Assembly (NCBI GenBank): GCA_963666975.2
Contig: CAXVYR010000003.1
Span: forward strand, 928,001-992,000
Length of the DNA: 64,000 bases
Direction: 5' to 3'
Origin: Terriglobia bacterium
GTDB taxonomy: Bacteria; Acidobacteriota; Terriglobia; 2-12-FULL-54-10
Shown here: piece after piece, positions 28,094 through 37,502 of the stretch
Layout: the number at the start of each line of letters is the position of its first letter
Numbering within the stretch: the first letter of the stretch is position 1
Translations under genes and position numbers: made by a program
Notes under the pieces: generated by a model
Database searches by the model: none
What the model was told of the DNA's origin: nothing
Seen by the model: only the letters and a program-made list of their open reading frames with translations

Positions 28094-29143
28094 ATGAAAA
28101 GAAGCATCATCTACTACTCAGCCATGCTTTTGGTCCTCACGATGATTGCAAACCCTGCCTGGACGCAAGGCAGGGGCAAAGGGAAACCGAAACGGAAGCC
28201 TGCGACAGCCAGCCAGGCGGTTGCGGAAGTCTCTGTCGTGTTCACCACCCAGGAACGGGACATCATCAGCGGCTGGTTCGTAACAAATCGCAGCGGTCTG
28301 CCGCCGGGCCTGGCCAAACGGGAGACTTTGCCTCCCGGACTGGAGCGCCAATTGCGCCGGAACGGGACCCTCCCGCCCGGCCTGCAGAAAAAATTGCACC
28401 CCTTCCCGTACGCCCTGGAGCGGCGGTTGCCCAGGTTGCCGGCAGACTATAGCCGAGTGATCATTGGCGGCAGCATCATCCTCATGAACGGGAGAACCGG
28501 CGTCATCTTTGACATCATTCGCGACGTCATCCCAGAGGATGACTCCGAAGTCCTCACGCAACGCGCCGCCACCTCGGCTGCAAGCCAGCCCGCGCCGTCC
28601 ACAGCATCCAATCGCGAACGCACTGCCCCCTCGCAAAGCCTTGCTGGAATTCCGGCAGAAGGAGCGCTACTGAGGGTCCGCACTACGACGACCCTCTCCA
28701 CAAAGTCGCACCAGGCCGGGGACACATTCCTGGCCACTTTGGAGGAGCCATTGGTTGAAGGGAACCGGGTGATTGCTCCCAGAGGCGCACAAGTTGAAGG
28801 GCGCATCGTCGAAACAGATGATGGCGGCCGGGTAAAAGGCGTTGCTTGGATTGCTGTTCAACTTATTCGGTTGCACACGGTCTCTGGCCACGTTGCCGAG
28901 ATCGCTACCAACACCCTGGTTATGGAAGCCAACAGCACGAAGGCCGAGGACGCCGCGAAAATCGGCATCACCAGCGGGATTGGCGCTGCTGTCGGCGCCC
29001 TCATCGGCGGCGGGAAAGGCGCCGGCATTGGCGCAGCAACCGGAGCGGCTGCAGGCACGGGCGTTGTCCTGGCGACTCGCGGCGATCCAGCCGTTATCGG
29101 CAGCGAGACCGTGCTGGACTTCACACTGCAGCCTTCTCGGTAG
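28094..29143 (+). CDS. secreted protein: PPGLAKR (RcnB-like) domain plus TrbI-like beta domain with glycine zipper
   Basis: signal peptide; three LPPGL repeats; GD.F.ATLEEPL..G..VI.P.GA.V.G.I; GIGAAVGALIGGGKGAGIGA. Confidence 0.7.
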   Translation: MKRSIIYYSAMLLVLTMIANPAWTQGRGKGKPKRKPATASQAVAEVSVVFTTQERDIISGWFVTNRSGLPPGLAKRETLPPGLERQLRRNGTLPPGLQKKLHPFPYALERRLPRLPADYSRVIIGGSIILMNGRTGVIFDIIRDVIPEDDSEVLTQRAATSAASQPAPSTASNRERTAPSQSLAGIPAEGALLRVRTTTTLSTKSHQAGDTFLATLEEPLVEGNRVIAPRGAQVEGRIVETDDGGRVKGVAWIAVQLIRLHTVSGHVAEIATNTLVMEANSTKAEDAAKIGITSGIGAAVGALIGGGKGAGIGAATGAAAGTGVVLATRGDPAVIGSETVLDFTLQPSR

Positions 29144-29228
29144 GGCAACCGCTAAGGAGAAGTAACCAGCGGCAAGTTTCCGTAAGGCGGGGCTGAAAGA
29201 AGTTTCGAGGTTGAAAGGAGCATGTAAG

Positions 29229-29933
29229 ATGCGTTATTTGCTATCTGCGGTCGCTGCTTTTCTGTTGGCGGGGCAACTGACTGCCGTTTGGGCCGCGAAC
29301 AAACAAGAGAAGAGGCTTACTCGCGCCACCGAGGTGTTCGAGGAAATCATGAACACTCCGGACAAGGGAATCCCGGTGGATTTGCTGGCACGGGCCGCCT
29401 GCATCGGCATTCTCCCCAGCGTCAAGAAGTTCGCCTTCGGCTTCGGAGGCCGTCACGGAGCCGGTTACGTCCTGTGCCGCAAGAACCGCGGCAAGGGCCC
29501 TTGGGGACCGCCCTCCGGTTTCTCCATGTCGGGAGGCAGCTTCGGCCTGCAACTGGGCTTTTCAGCCACCGACTACGTGCTGTTGTTCATGAACCCGGAC
29601 GGCGTGGATAAGCTCCTGTCGAATAAATTCACGCTCGGTGCCGCCTCCTCGGTAGCGGGCGGGCCGGTAGGCCGCACGGCCGAGGCGGCGACCGACGTGC
29701 AAATGAGCGCCAAAATCCTGAGCTATTCCCGCGCCAAGGGCTTGTTTGCCGGTTTGGCTCTGGAGGGCGCTGTGCTGAAACCCTCCGGCGGCGACAATAA
29801 GGCACTTTACGGCAGGAAGGTTGACCCCAGGAACTTGTTGCTCACGGGCAATGTGGCTCCGCCGCCGAGCGCTGGCCCGCTAATCCAAATACTTTCCCGC
29901 TATTCTGGAAGAAAAACCAAGAAGGCCCCTTAG
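29229..29933 (+). CDS. lipid-binding SYLF (Ysc84-like) domain protein
   Basis: GGSFGLQLG...TD.VLLFMN, AGGPVGR, ILSYSRAKGLFAG..LEG. Confidence 0.9.
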   Translation: MRYLLSAVAAFLLAGQLTAVWAANKQEKRLTRATEVFEEIMNTPDKGIPVDLLARAACIGILPSVKKFAFGFGGRHGAGYVLCRKNRGKGPWGPPSGFSMSGGSFGLQLGFSATDYVLLFMNPDGVDKLLSNKFTLGAASSVAGGPVGRTAEAATDVQMSAKILSYSRAKGLFAGLALEGAVLKPSGGDNKALYGRKVDPRNLLLTGNVAPPPSAGPLIQILSRYSGRKTKKAP

Positions 29934-30077
29934 CAAACCCTCTCTCACTAGAGCCCTGTTTCGGACAACCGTGCAGGGCTTGCCTTACACAGAGCTGCCT
30001 CCAGCGTTACTTTCAAAACAGCTTGTATCTTCTTGAATAAGTTTACATTTGTTTATTTTACAGTTTGTGTATAGTCA

Positions 30078-30187
30078 GAGCCGTGCGCGCCCGTCCCGCG
30101 CGAAGCCGAGGAATCAGCAAGCGGTCCCCAAACGCCAAGTGGGCAACCAAGGCTGGATTGTCCGCTCCCTTGCGGTCGCGGCTCGGA
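30078..30187. repeat. REP-like palindrome pair with nested short element
   Basis: GAGCCGTGCGCG..TCAGCAAGCGG arm interrupted by CCCGCGCGAAGCCGAGG; partner CCGCTCCCTTGCGGTCGCGGCTC. Confidence 0.7.
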
Positions 30188-30406
30188 TGGATTTACAAAC
30201 AATGCACGCTACACCAACGCTGATGCTCCAGCTTTGCAGCCTACCCTGCAAGGCAGCAGATCGCGTTCCGTATTGAAAGAAACGGAAGATTGCTAAATCC
30301 TGGAAGGATTGTTCTGACAACTCTCCGTTTAAGGGGCGCTGATCGGACCTGTTCCACAAGACAACTATTACAGGTTGGTTTGCACTCCTGCAAGGATGGG
30401 AGGGTG

Positions 30407-31366
30407 TTATCTTTCTTCTGCAGACCGTGAACTGATGACCCGACGCGACTCGCCGCTTCCCGGAAGAAAAGGTCCCCAGTCGCCGCCTCTGAGGCCGGGC
30501 ACCTTGGGCGACGTTTCGATCTGAAGAGTCTTTCGTCCCGAAGAGAACGTCGCCATCTGCCGAAGCCGGTAGTGCGTTCGCTCGGCGTCCATATTGCTGC
30601 TTGCTTCCTCCAGAGCTTGGTCGATGGACTGGATTCCGTCAAACTCATGGATTCCGATGCTCAGGCTTAGCCTAAAACCCGGCAAAGGAGAATTCTCGAC
30701 AGAGGCGATGACCTCGTTCCATTCTGTTACTCGTTGTTGAATGCGCTGCTTCACCAACTCTCCGCCGGGCTCTTTGGTATTTTGCAAAGCCACCAGAAAC
30801 TCATCCCCGCCCAGGCGGACTACATAGTCCGAGCAGCGGATCCATTCCTTGACGAGCCCCCCGACTTCAGCCAAAACCAAATCACCATAGAGGTGGCCAA
30901 AATGCGTATTGAGTTGTTTGAAGTTATTCACATCGATATACAAAAAAACCAGGGTGCCGCTCCCGCGTTGCACGCTCTGGATTGCCTCGCTAAGGGCCCC
31001 GTCCAAGGCGGAACGATTGAAGACTTGAGTGAGAGGATCGGTAAATAACCGTATGCCGGCAACCTCGCATCTCCATGCCTCCATGATGGAGTTAAAACTG
31101 AGAGACAGAATCTGATTACATTTATGGATGAGGTAAATGCCGAACAGCAGAATAAGCGTCAGCAGGCCCAGAAGAAGCTGCGGCGTCGCCGGCGTATAAC
31201 CCGCGCGGAGACTCGTGAATGCGCCTGGAAAGGTGATGGCGAAAAACCCTGCAAACAAGATTCCAACCGTCGCAAAGAAAAAAATCCCCAGCTCCCGCTC
31301 CCGCCTCTCAACCGGCGATAACTGCCGTCTGAGTTGATTTGAAAATCGTTGCAACTCTACCCGCAT
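30407..31366 (-). CDS. membrane-anchored diguanylate cyclase (GGDEF)
   Basis: two TM helices; DPLT.VFNR, D.NNFKQLN..FGH.YGD, RLGGDEF, SLSIG. Confidence 0.88.
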   Translation of the reverse strand: MRVELQRFSNQLRRQLSPVERRERELGIFFFATVGILFAGFFAITFPGAFTSLRAGYTPATPQLLLGLLTLILLFGIYLIHKCNQILSLSFNSIMEAWRCEVAGIRLFTDPLTQVFNRSALDGALSEAIQSVQRGSGTLVFLYIDVNNFKQLNTHFGHLYGDLVLAEVGGLVKEWIRCSDYVVRLGGDEFLVALQNTKEPGGELVKQRIQQRVTEWNEVIASVENSPLPGFRLSLSIGIHEFDGIQSIDQALEEASSNMDAERTHYRLRQMATFSSGRKTLQIETSPKVPGLRGGDWGPFLPGSGESRRVISSRSAEER

Positions 31367-31692
31367 GTATACCTTCCTTCTTGACTTGGCCGAACCTCCA
31401 CTTCTCCAGGGTATGGCAGCGGAGCGATGGAGAAAATAGCTCAAAGGTAACTTTATTTCAGCACTTTTGTACTGCGGTTATGCTGCCGTCCGATCCCGGT
31501 AAAACTCAAAAAAGCACGGGAGCAGGAAACGAGCCGCCTCTGGAACCTGGGGACCGGCCTTTCCCAGCGGAACGGCCGAGCAGGCGAAAATTCTCTATTA
31601 GGATTTCCGGTAGCAGGTCAACCTGGGTTTTGTTGGAGGAAAAAGAAAGCCGTCCGCGCACCTGGCCACTGTCGAGTCTGTTCGGTGGTTTA

Positions 31693-33255
31693 TTATTTTC
31701 CGAAGAGGCCGGTGAGACCCTTGATGAGGTCCGCTGGGCTCTGCGGCTTGGTCTGGCCCTCTTGATCCAAGCCCTGTTGCCCGGTCGCCCCGCCCAGAAG
31801 GTTTTGCAATCCGCTCTGCTGCCCCGAACCTCCAGCGGATTTTATTTTGAAGTTCGGGTTTTCGAGCGTTCCGCTCAAGGTAAAAGGGAGCGTCATTTTT
31901 CCGTCGGCAAAGGAGGCGCCGGCAAGAGTGGCCACCAGGCTGGTCACCAGGTTGTCTCCAGCGGCCACAGTGGCCACGCCCTCATAGTCCAGCCTGCCCT
32001 CCCCCGCCAGGGCTACGCTTCCTGAGCCCTCCACATCGACGCCGTTGCCCACGATAGTCAGCTGCTGGGTGGCAATCGTCTGATTGGCGATGTTTAAATC
32101 CGCCGAGATGGATGAAAACGATGAAGGGTCGCCCGACGCCGAGCCGAGGTTTGAAAAGCGGGCAAGTGTCATCATGTTCTTATTCAGTTGCAGGCTGGGC
32201 AGCTCGCCGTCGCGGATGCTCATTTGGCCCTCGCCGATCATGCCCGCCAGAGGTTTCGCTGGGTTGGTAATCGCACCCGAAAGATCAATGTGCCCCTCCA
32301 TTGTTCCCGTCATCTTCCCGCGCGCGTCAGGAAACGTTTCGAGCAGGCGGGCCACGTCTACACCGCTCATTTGCGCCTCGACGTCGTAGCTCGGGTTCCT
32401 GCCCGCGAAGTGGAAAGCAAGGTTTCCGGAAGCTTGGCCTTCATACAGGTCAAAGTTCAGATCATCGAAGTACACTTGCTTGGGGAAGAGCCGCAGTTGG
32501 GTCCTCACCGAAGTCACCTCAAACTCTCCGAAGAGGAGCGATTCCGCCCGGAACGTTCCATGGGCCGCTGGTTCCGGCTCATTGGTTTGAGCGTAGGCAA
32601 GCGGCGCTCCCAGAAAGCTGTGGGAAGGTCTCGAGGACGGGCTCACATCCGGCGGCAAGGATGCCGACGTGGCCCCCGTGAAAGCATTCAGGTCCACATG
32701 CTCCAGCTCGCTTTCCACTGCGTGGGCTTCAAAGTAGTTGGGGCCTGGCTCGCCGGAGCGGAGCAGCCGCGCCGCCGTCAGTTCCCCGCCCGTGATCGTT
32801 ACTCTCGAAATCGTACCCAGCACAAACGCCGGCGGTTCACTGGCCGGGGCCTGGGGTTTCGGCGGATTCTCAAAATTCCACTTCCCGCGAGCGCCCGAAT
32901 ACAGACGGATGACCGGCTCGCTGACTTCCAGCGATTGGATGATTACCTGACGGTTCCACAGCGCCCGAGCGTCCACTTCCGCATATATCCGTCTGGCCTG
33001 GATCATGTGCCCCTCGGGAAAGCCGGAGGGATTTCCCAGCATAAAGTCGTCTACGCGGATCGAGAGTGTGGGAAACAGCGTTAGGGTCAGGCGTCCGATC
33101 TCTGCCGGCTTGCCGGTTTGCTCCTGGATGATGGCCACAACCTGGGGGCGGTAACGGTCCACATCCACCAGTATGGGGACGGCAATGATAAGCGCCACCA
33201 GAAGAACCACCAAAAAAACAACACCGCCGAGCGCGATCTTTTTGCCTCTGGACAT
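31693..33255 (-). CDS. AsmA-family protein
   Basis: N-terminal TM then D.DRYRP.V...I...TG; G.WNF; C-terminal LPF.LSGTLENP. Confidence 0.88.
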   Translation of the reverse strand: MSRGKKIALGGVVFLVVLLVALIIAVPILVDVDRYRPQVVAIIQEQTGKPAEIGRLTLTLFPTLSIRVDDFMLGNPSGFPEGHMIQARRIYAEVDARALWNRQVIIQSLEVSEPVIRLYSGARGKWNFENPPKPQAPASEPPAFVLGTISRVTITGGELTAARLLRSGEPGPNYFEAHAVESELEHVDLNAFTGATSASLPPDVSPSSRPSHSFLGAPLAYAQTNEPEPAAHGTFRAESLLFGEFEVTSVRTQLRLFPKQVYFDDLNFDLYEGQASGNLAFHFAGRNPSYDVEAQMSGVDVARLLETFPDARGKMTGTMEGHIDLSGAITNPAKPLAGMIGEGQMSIRDGELPSLQLNKNMMTLARFSNLGSASGDPSSFSSISADLNIANQTIATQQLTIVGNGVDVEGSGSVALAGEGRLDYEGVATVAAGDNLVTSLVATLAGASFADGKMTLPFTLSGTLENPNFKIKSAGGSGQQSGLQNLLGGATGQQGLDQEGQTKPQSPADLIKGLTGLFGK

Positions 33256-33929
33256 GGCTGCCTCCTCCCGAGTCCGGGCGCGGCTGATTTCCACCGTCGC
33301 GACTTTATTTCCACCTGCTTGGGGCTCTCCCCGCCCGGCTATTTATTGAACATTTCATAATATAGTGACATTTCCACAGGCTTCAAAAGCCCTATAGAAG
33401 GCCGCCCAGCGAATCGAATGTTAAGGCATTCTATGGCACCAGCCAAAACGCAGTGGATCGCCGTTTCGATCTATGTACTCGTGGCCACTAGCCTTTACCA
33501 AATTATTCTCAATGTTACTCTTTTCGAGAAAGTACCCATTTTACAGGCCCTCAGACGATTTAGTCAGAAATATCGAGTTTTAACCGGACAGCAATGATAT
33601 TATGTAAACCTCAATAATATCAATATGGTGTACTCCGAACCGTACGCGAACACGCCGCCAAGCCGGATTCTATCCCGGATTCTATCATAGATATCTGCCA
33701 TGCCGCGGCGTTGAGTCTTGGCAAGCTACCCTACAGTTACCTGTTCAAATTCGAGCATTTCTCCCGATAGTGTATAGGTGGAATGTAGCGCCGCCATCCC
33801 TCGGCTGACTCGGGGCAGGCTCTGGCGGCCCAATGAGTCAGCGAAGACGCTGGCGCTACGTGACTGCCGGAACTCTATACCTACGGGAGAAATGCTGTAG
33901 GCAGGGTTAATACATCGAAGGAAAAAGCC

Positions 33930-34015
33930 GGGGATATTGATGGAATGCGATGTGCTCCGCAGCCAGTGACCGGTGCCACGAAACGGAGCACAAGCATGCC
34001 GCTCAAGTATTCCCC
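33930..34015. other. long imperfect intergenic hairpin (candidate structured RNA)
   Basis: GGGGATATTGA..TGTGCTCCG pairs with CGGAGCACA..TCAAGTATTCCCC. Confidence 0.45.
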
Positions 34016-34024
34016 CTTTATGAA

Positions 34025-34069
34025 AACTGAGGACACGGGGACGGCGCGCTACCCGTCCCCACTGTGCCC
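34025..34069 (-). terminator. probable terminator hairpin after the beta-propeller gene
   Basis: GGGGACGG/CCGTCCCC stem, short T-run a few nt downstream on the minus strand. Confidence 0.45.
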
Positions 34070-34089
34070 AAGTCACACGCAATTCCCCC

Positions 34090-36337
34090 TCAGAAAAGCT
34101 CTGGGAAGTAGAAGGTCATTACGGCATTCAATCGCTTGTCGCTGACAATCAGACTTTTGTTCTTGGGGTCCAGCGTGACCCCCGCGAGGCATTTGCAAGA
34201 CCCCATTCGGGCCTCCGATCTTCCACCGGGGTGGTCGAGGAGCCGCAACCGCAACATCGCCGTTGTCATGGATGCTCCAGACACCGACATAGGCGATGTC
34301 AGAGACCAAGCCTCCCTGCCCTCGGTCACTGGCAATGATCCATCCTTTCGGCGGATAAACGGTAAAAGGACCACCCAGCCTGCGGAACCCGCTCTTGGGT
34401 CCCCCAATGATGGCCTTCGGCTTTACATTGCCTTGGTCCGTGCGGTTGAAAATGAGGAAACGGGCGCCGCCCCTGCCTCCTCCGCCGACGACGACGACGT
34501 TGTTCACCGGGTCCACCGCGACAGCGCCCGCTCCCAACTGGGTGTCAGGACCTTCAATCGTGCGGATCGGCGCTACGTTGCCGTTCCCTTCCTTCGGATA
34601 GACGAGCAATACATTGCCTTCTGGGACATAGATTTCATTGTTTACGGGGTCAACCGCCAATCTGTCGGGAGCCACCAGTCGCGTATTCGAGCCCTGGATC
34701 ACCCGAACCGGCGCTTCCTCGCCATTCGCGTCGCCTCGAAAAGTGAGAATAGCCTGTCCAAACTGCTGCGGCACTATGAATTCGTCATGAACCTCGTCGT
34801 AGGCGATAGCGTGCATCGTCCGCCCCAGCATGGTCTTCTGCCCTTCCAGTTTCCGGATCGGCTGCGCTGATCCATCCGCCATCCTGGCGAAGGTCGCAAT
34901 CTGCGGATGTGCCACTCAGTTGGGCACCAGAATCTCTTCCCGCTTGCTGTCATACGCTACCGGATGCGGATTCCCAATCCCCAGCGCCTGCTCCCCCAGC
35001 GGTCCGCTGCGAATCACCCGCAACGGGGCGGTGTCGCCGGAAGCGTCCCGCTTGTAGACCGTCGCCGCGTGGTTGCCGAAGTTCGCTACCCACAATTCAT
35101 CGTTCTTCAGATCCACGAAGACTCCGGTCGGGTTCTTAATCATGGTGCTCGAACCTTGTAAAATCCGCTTCGGGGCCACGTCTCCGCTGGCCAAAGAGTC
35201 GAACACGATGATGGAGTTCTCCATGTCGTTGGCGACGTACAACTCCTCGCGCTCCTGGTCCAGGTAAATATGCGCCGGCCAGTTCATTTGCGTCTTGGGG
35301 CCTTGAATGACCCGCAACGGAGGAGTATCTCCGCTGGCCTTCAACGGGTAGACGCTGATGGAGGGCGGCAAATGCTGCCCGGAGCCGGGCACTGCGCTGG
35401 ATCTCTCCAGCGGCCAAATCCGCTTTTCTTCTCTGCTTCCGAGTTCCTCATTCTGCTGCTGGGGATCGCGCCGGGAGACTGCGCCATAGTTGCTGACGAA
35501 CATCAGTTGGTTTTTGGTGTCCACGGCGATGCCGTGCGGATCGGCGAGCATCGTCCGGTCGCCCTGCAGCAGCCGGATCGGCTCTTCTTCCTCCTCCGCG
35601 TACTTCGGATAGACGACTACCGCGCTGTCATGCTGGATCGTCAGGAACATTTCCTGCGCCTCTTCATCCACGGCGATTCCAAACGTTCCGTGCGGCGTGT
35701 GCAGCGCCCGGTCCGGAGGAACGTTTCCCTTCACCTGCCGGGAGAAGATCACCAGCATGTCCACGGTGTCGTTGTTCACCGCATAGATGTCGCCCGACAT
35801 CGGGTCGATGTACAGGCCGCACTGTAATTCGATCTCCGTCTTCAACCCCGCGATCATCCGCTTCGGTTCCGTCAGCCTGGCTGTCGGAGGGGTGTTGTCC
35901 AGCCGGTCGTACACCAGAATCTGAAATAAATTCTCATCCGTTAACACGACCTCATTGTTGATTGGGTCCACTGCCACCGAGCTGTAGGCCGCATAGTCAT
36001 CCCGAATCATCCGCACGGGCGCCCGCTTCTCCACCTCCGCCTGGTTGGCCTCGTCTGGCATCCCCGGTCGCGAATCTTGCCGCTGGACCGCGGCCATGAG
36101 GGTGCTGGAGGCGCTGGCAGGCACCCACTGGCACATTTCTCCATCCATTTCCGGATAGGCCATTTCCGGATAGGGCTGAATCGACACGAGCTGAGCCCGG
36201 CCTGTAGGCTTTCGCCCGAACACAGTCTCTGCCGTGTCAATCTCCTGGCTGGAAACTACAAACGCCGCCGCGATGCCTATCATTATTAAAACCGCAACAA
36301 GCCCCGCCTTCCCCCGAACAGGCTCTGCTCGCTTCAT
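34090..36337 (-). CDS. exported NHL/YncE-like beta-propeller protein, probably one gene with an in-frame TGA (candidate selenocysteine) and a 3' +1 frameshift
   Basis: ORFs 34916..36337 and 34073..34915 abut in the same frame; blade repeat P.R.I.G..T....P.GIAVD....E..V.N runs through both; true C-terminus (VTLDPKNK..FYFPELF) is in another frame after a G5 run at 34179-34183. Confidence 0.75.
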
Positions 36338-36628
36338 TGTGCACCAACCCTCTCTTGTGAATTTTCCCGTTCGAAGACCGCAAATACTGCCTGAAAATAA
36401 GCTAGCATGACGACACATTGCTTTGCGAATGAATTATCCTTCTGAAGCCCGTTCTTGGCCTGTTTATAGACTACCCGTGAATTCCCGGCTTGTCCTTGGC
36501 TTTGCGAATTGTGCTAGAATCCTGCCCATCGTGAAACATCTTATTGTTTTTCTTGTTCCTCTTTTGAAGAATCCGAAGGGCCGGACTTTTCGGAAATCTT
36601 CGTCCATCTCCGGGAAGGCGGCCGCGGC

Positions 36629-36975
36629 ATGGAGGAAGTAACCGCTGACATACGCGCACGGCTCGCCAAATATCCCGGCTTTCAGTTCAACGTGAAGCAG
36701 CATATCTCCGAGCATATTGAGGATGTCCTTTCGGGCTCGCTGGCCACGATCTCGGTCCGTGTCTACGGCGAGGATACGGCGTTTTTTGGGAAGGCTGTCT
36801 CCACGGTGCTCGAAGGCCAGCGTCAGCACGACCTGTTCGTCCGTTACAGTCCGGAGGCCGCAAGGCGACCCGGAAGCCATCCGCCGCACGCTGATCGACA
36901 CCCCGGCCGGGGAAAAGGTGCCTCTGGGAACGCTGGCTGAGGTTGCCGTGGTGAACGGCACCGGGGTCATCTAGC
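36629..36975 (+). pseudogene. internal fragment of a CusA/CzcA (AcrB-type) RND permease
   Basis: QHISEHIEDVLSG...ISVRVYGED, TVLEGQRQHDLFVR, LIDTPAGEKVPLGTLAEV in two frames; no N- or C-terminus. Confidence 0.75.
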
Positions 36976-37421
36976 ATGAAAGCGCCCTCCGGGAAGTCTG
37001 GCGTATACTTTGGCGAAGGCATAGCTTGTAACGACACGCATCGGCGGAATAAGGAAAGGCGCGAAGATGTGCTGGGAATTACCATCAATCCGGCGGGCGA
37101 TATGGCTGGGAATCAGCTATTGGAAATGGAGGTGCGGGAATACGTTGGACAGAACACATCCTCTCCCCACCACCGTCACCTTTGGGAAACCGTTTACTAT
37201 GCCCTAAAGGAGACGACTACGCCTTGCTGCAACGCAAAGGGGAATCCGAACGGAGACTGAATTGGAGCGCGGGGGATCTGTTTGTCGTCGAAGCCAACGA
37301 ATATCACATTCATCGCCCGCGCGAGGGCTCTGAGGCGCGCATTTTTCAAGTGAAATCCTCCGGGTACTTCCGGCGCGTGGGAATTGATGACTATTTAATG
37401 CAAGACAAACCAGCCAATTAG
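36976..37421 (+). pseudogene. frameshifted cupin-domain protein
   Basis: HHRHLWETVYYALK in one frame and RLNWSAGDLFVVEANEYHIH in another. Confidence 0.65.
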
Positions 37422-37502
37422 CTCTTCAAAATAAGACACGAAAGCGGATCATCGGTGAACTTTTTCCCTTTCTTGATCTTTCAGCCAATCGAAGGGAGAC
37501 TT

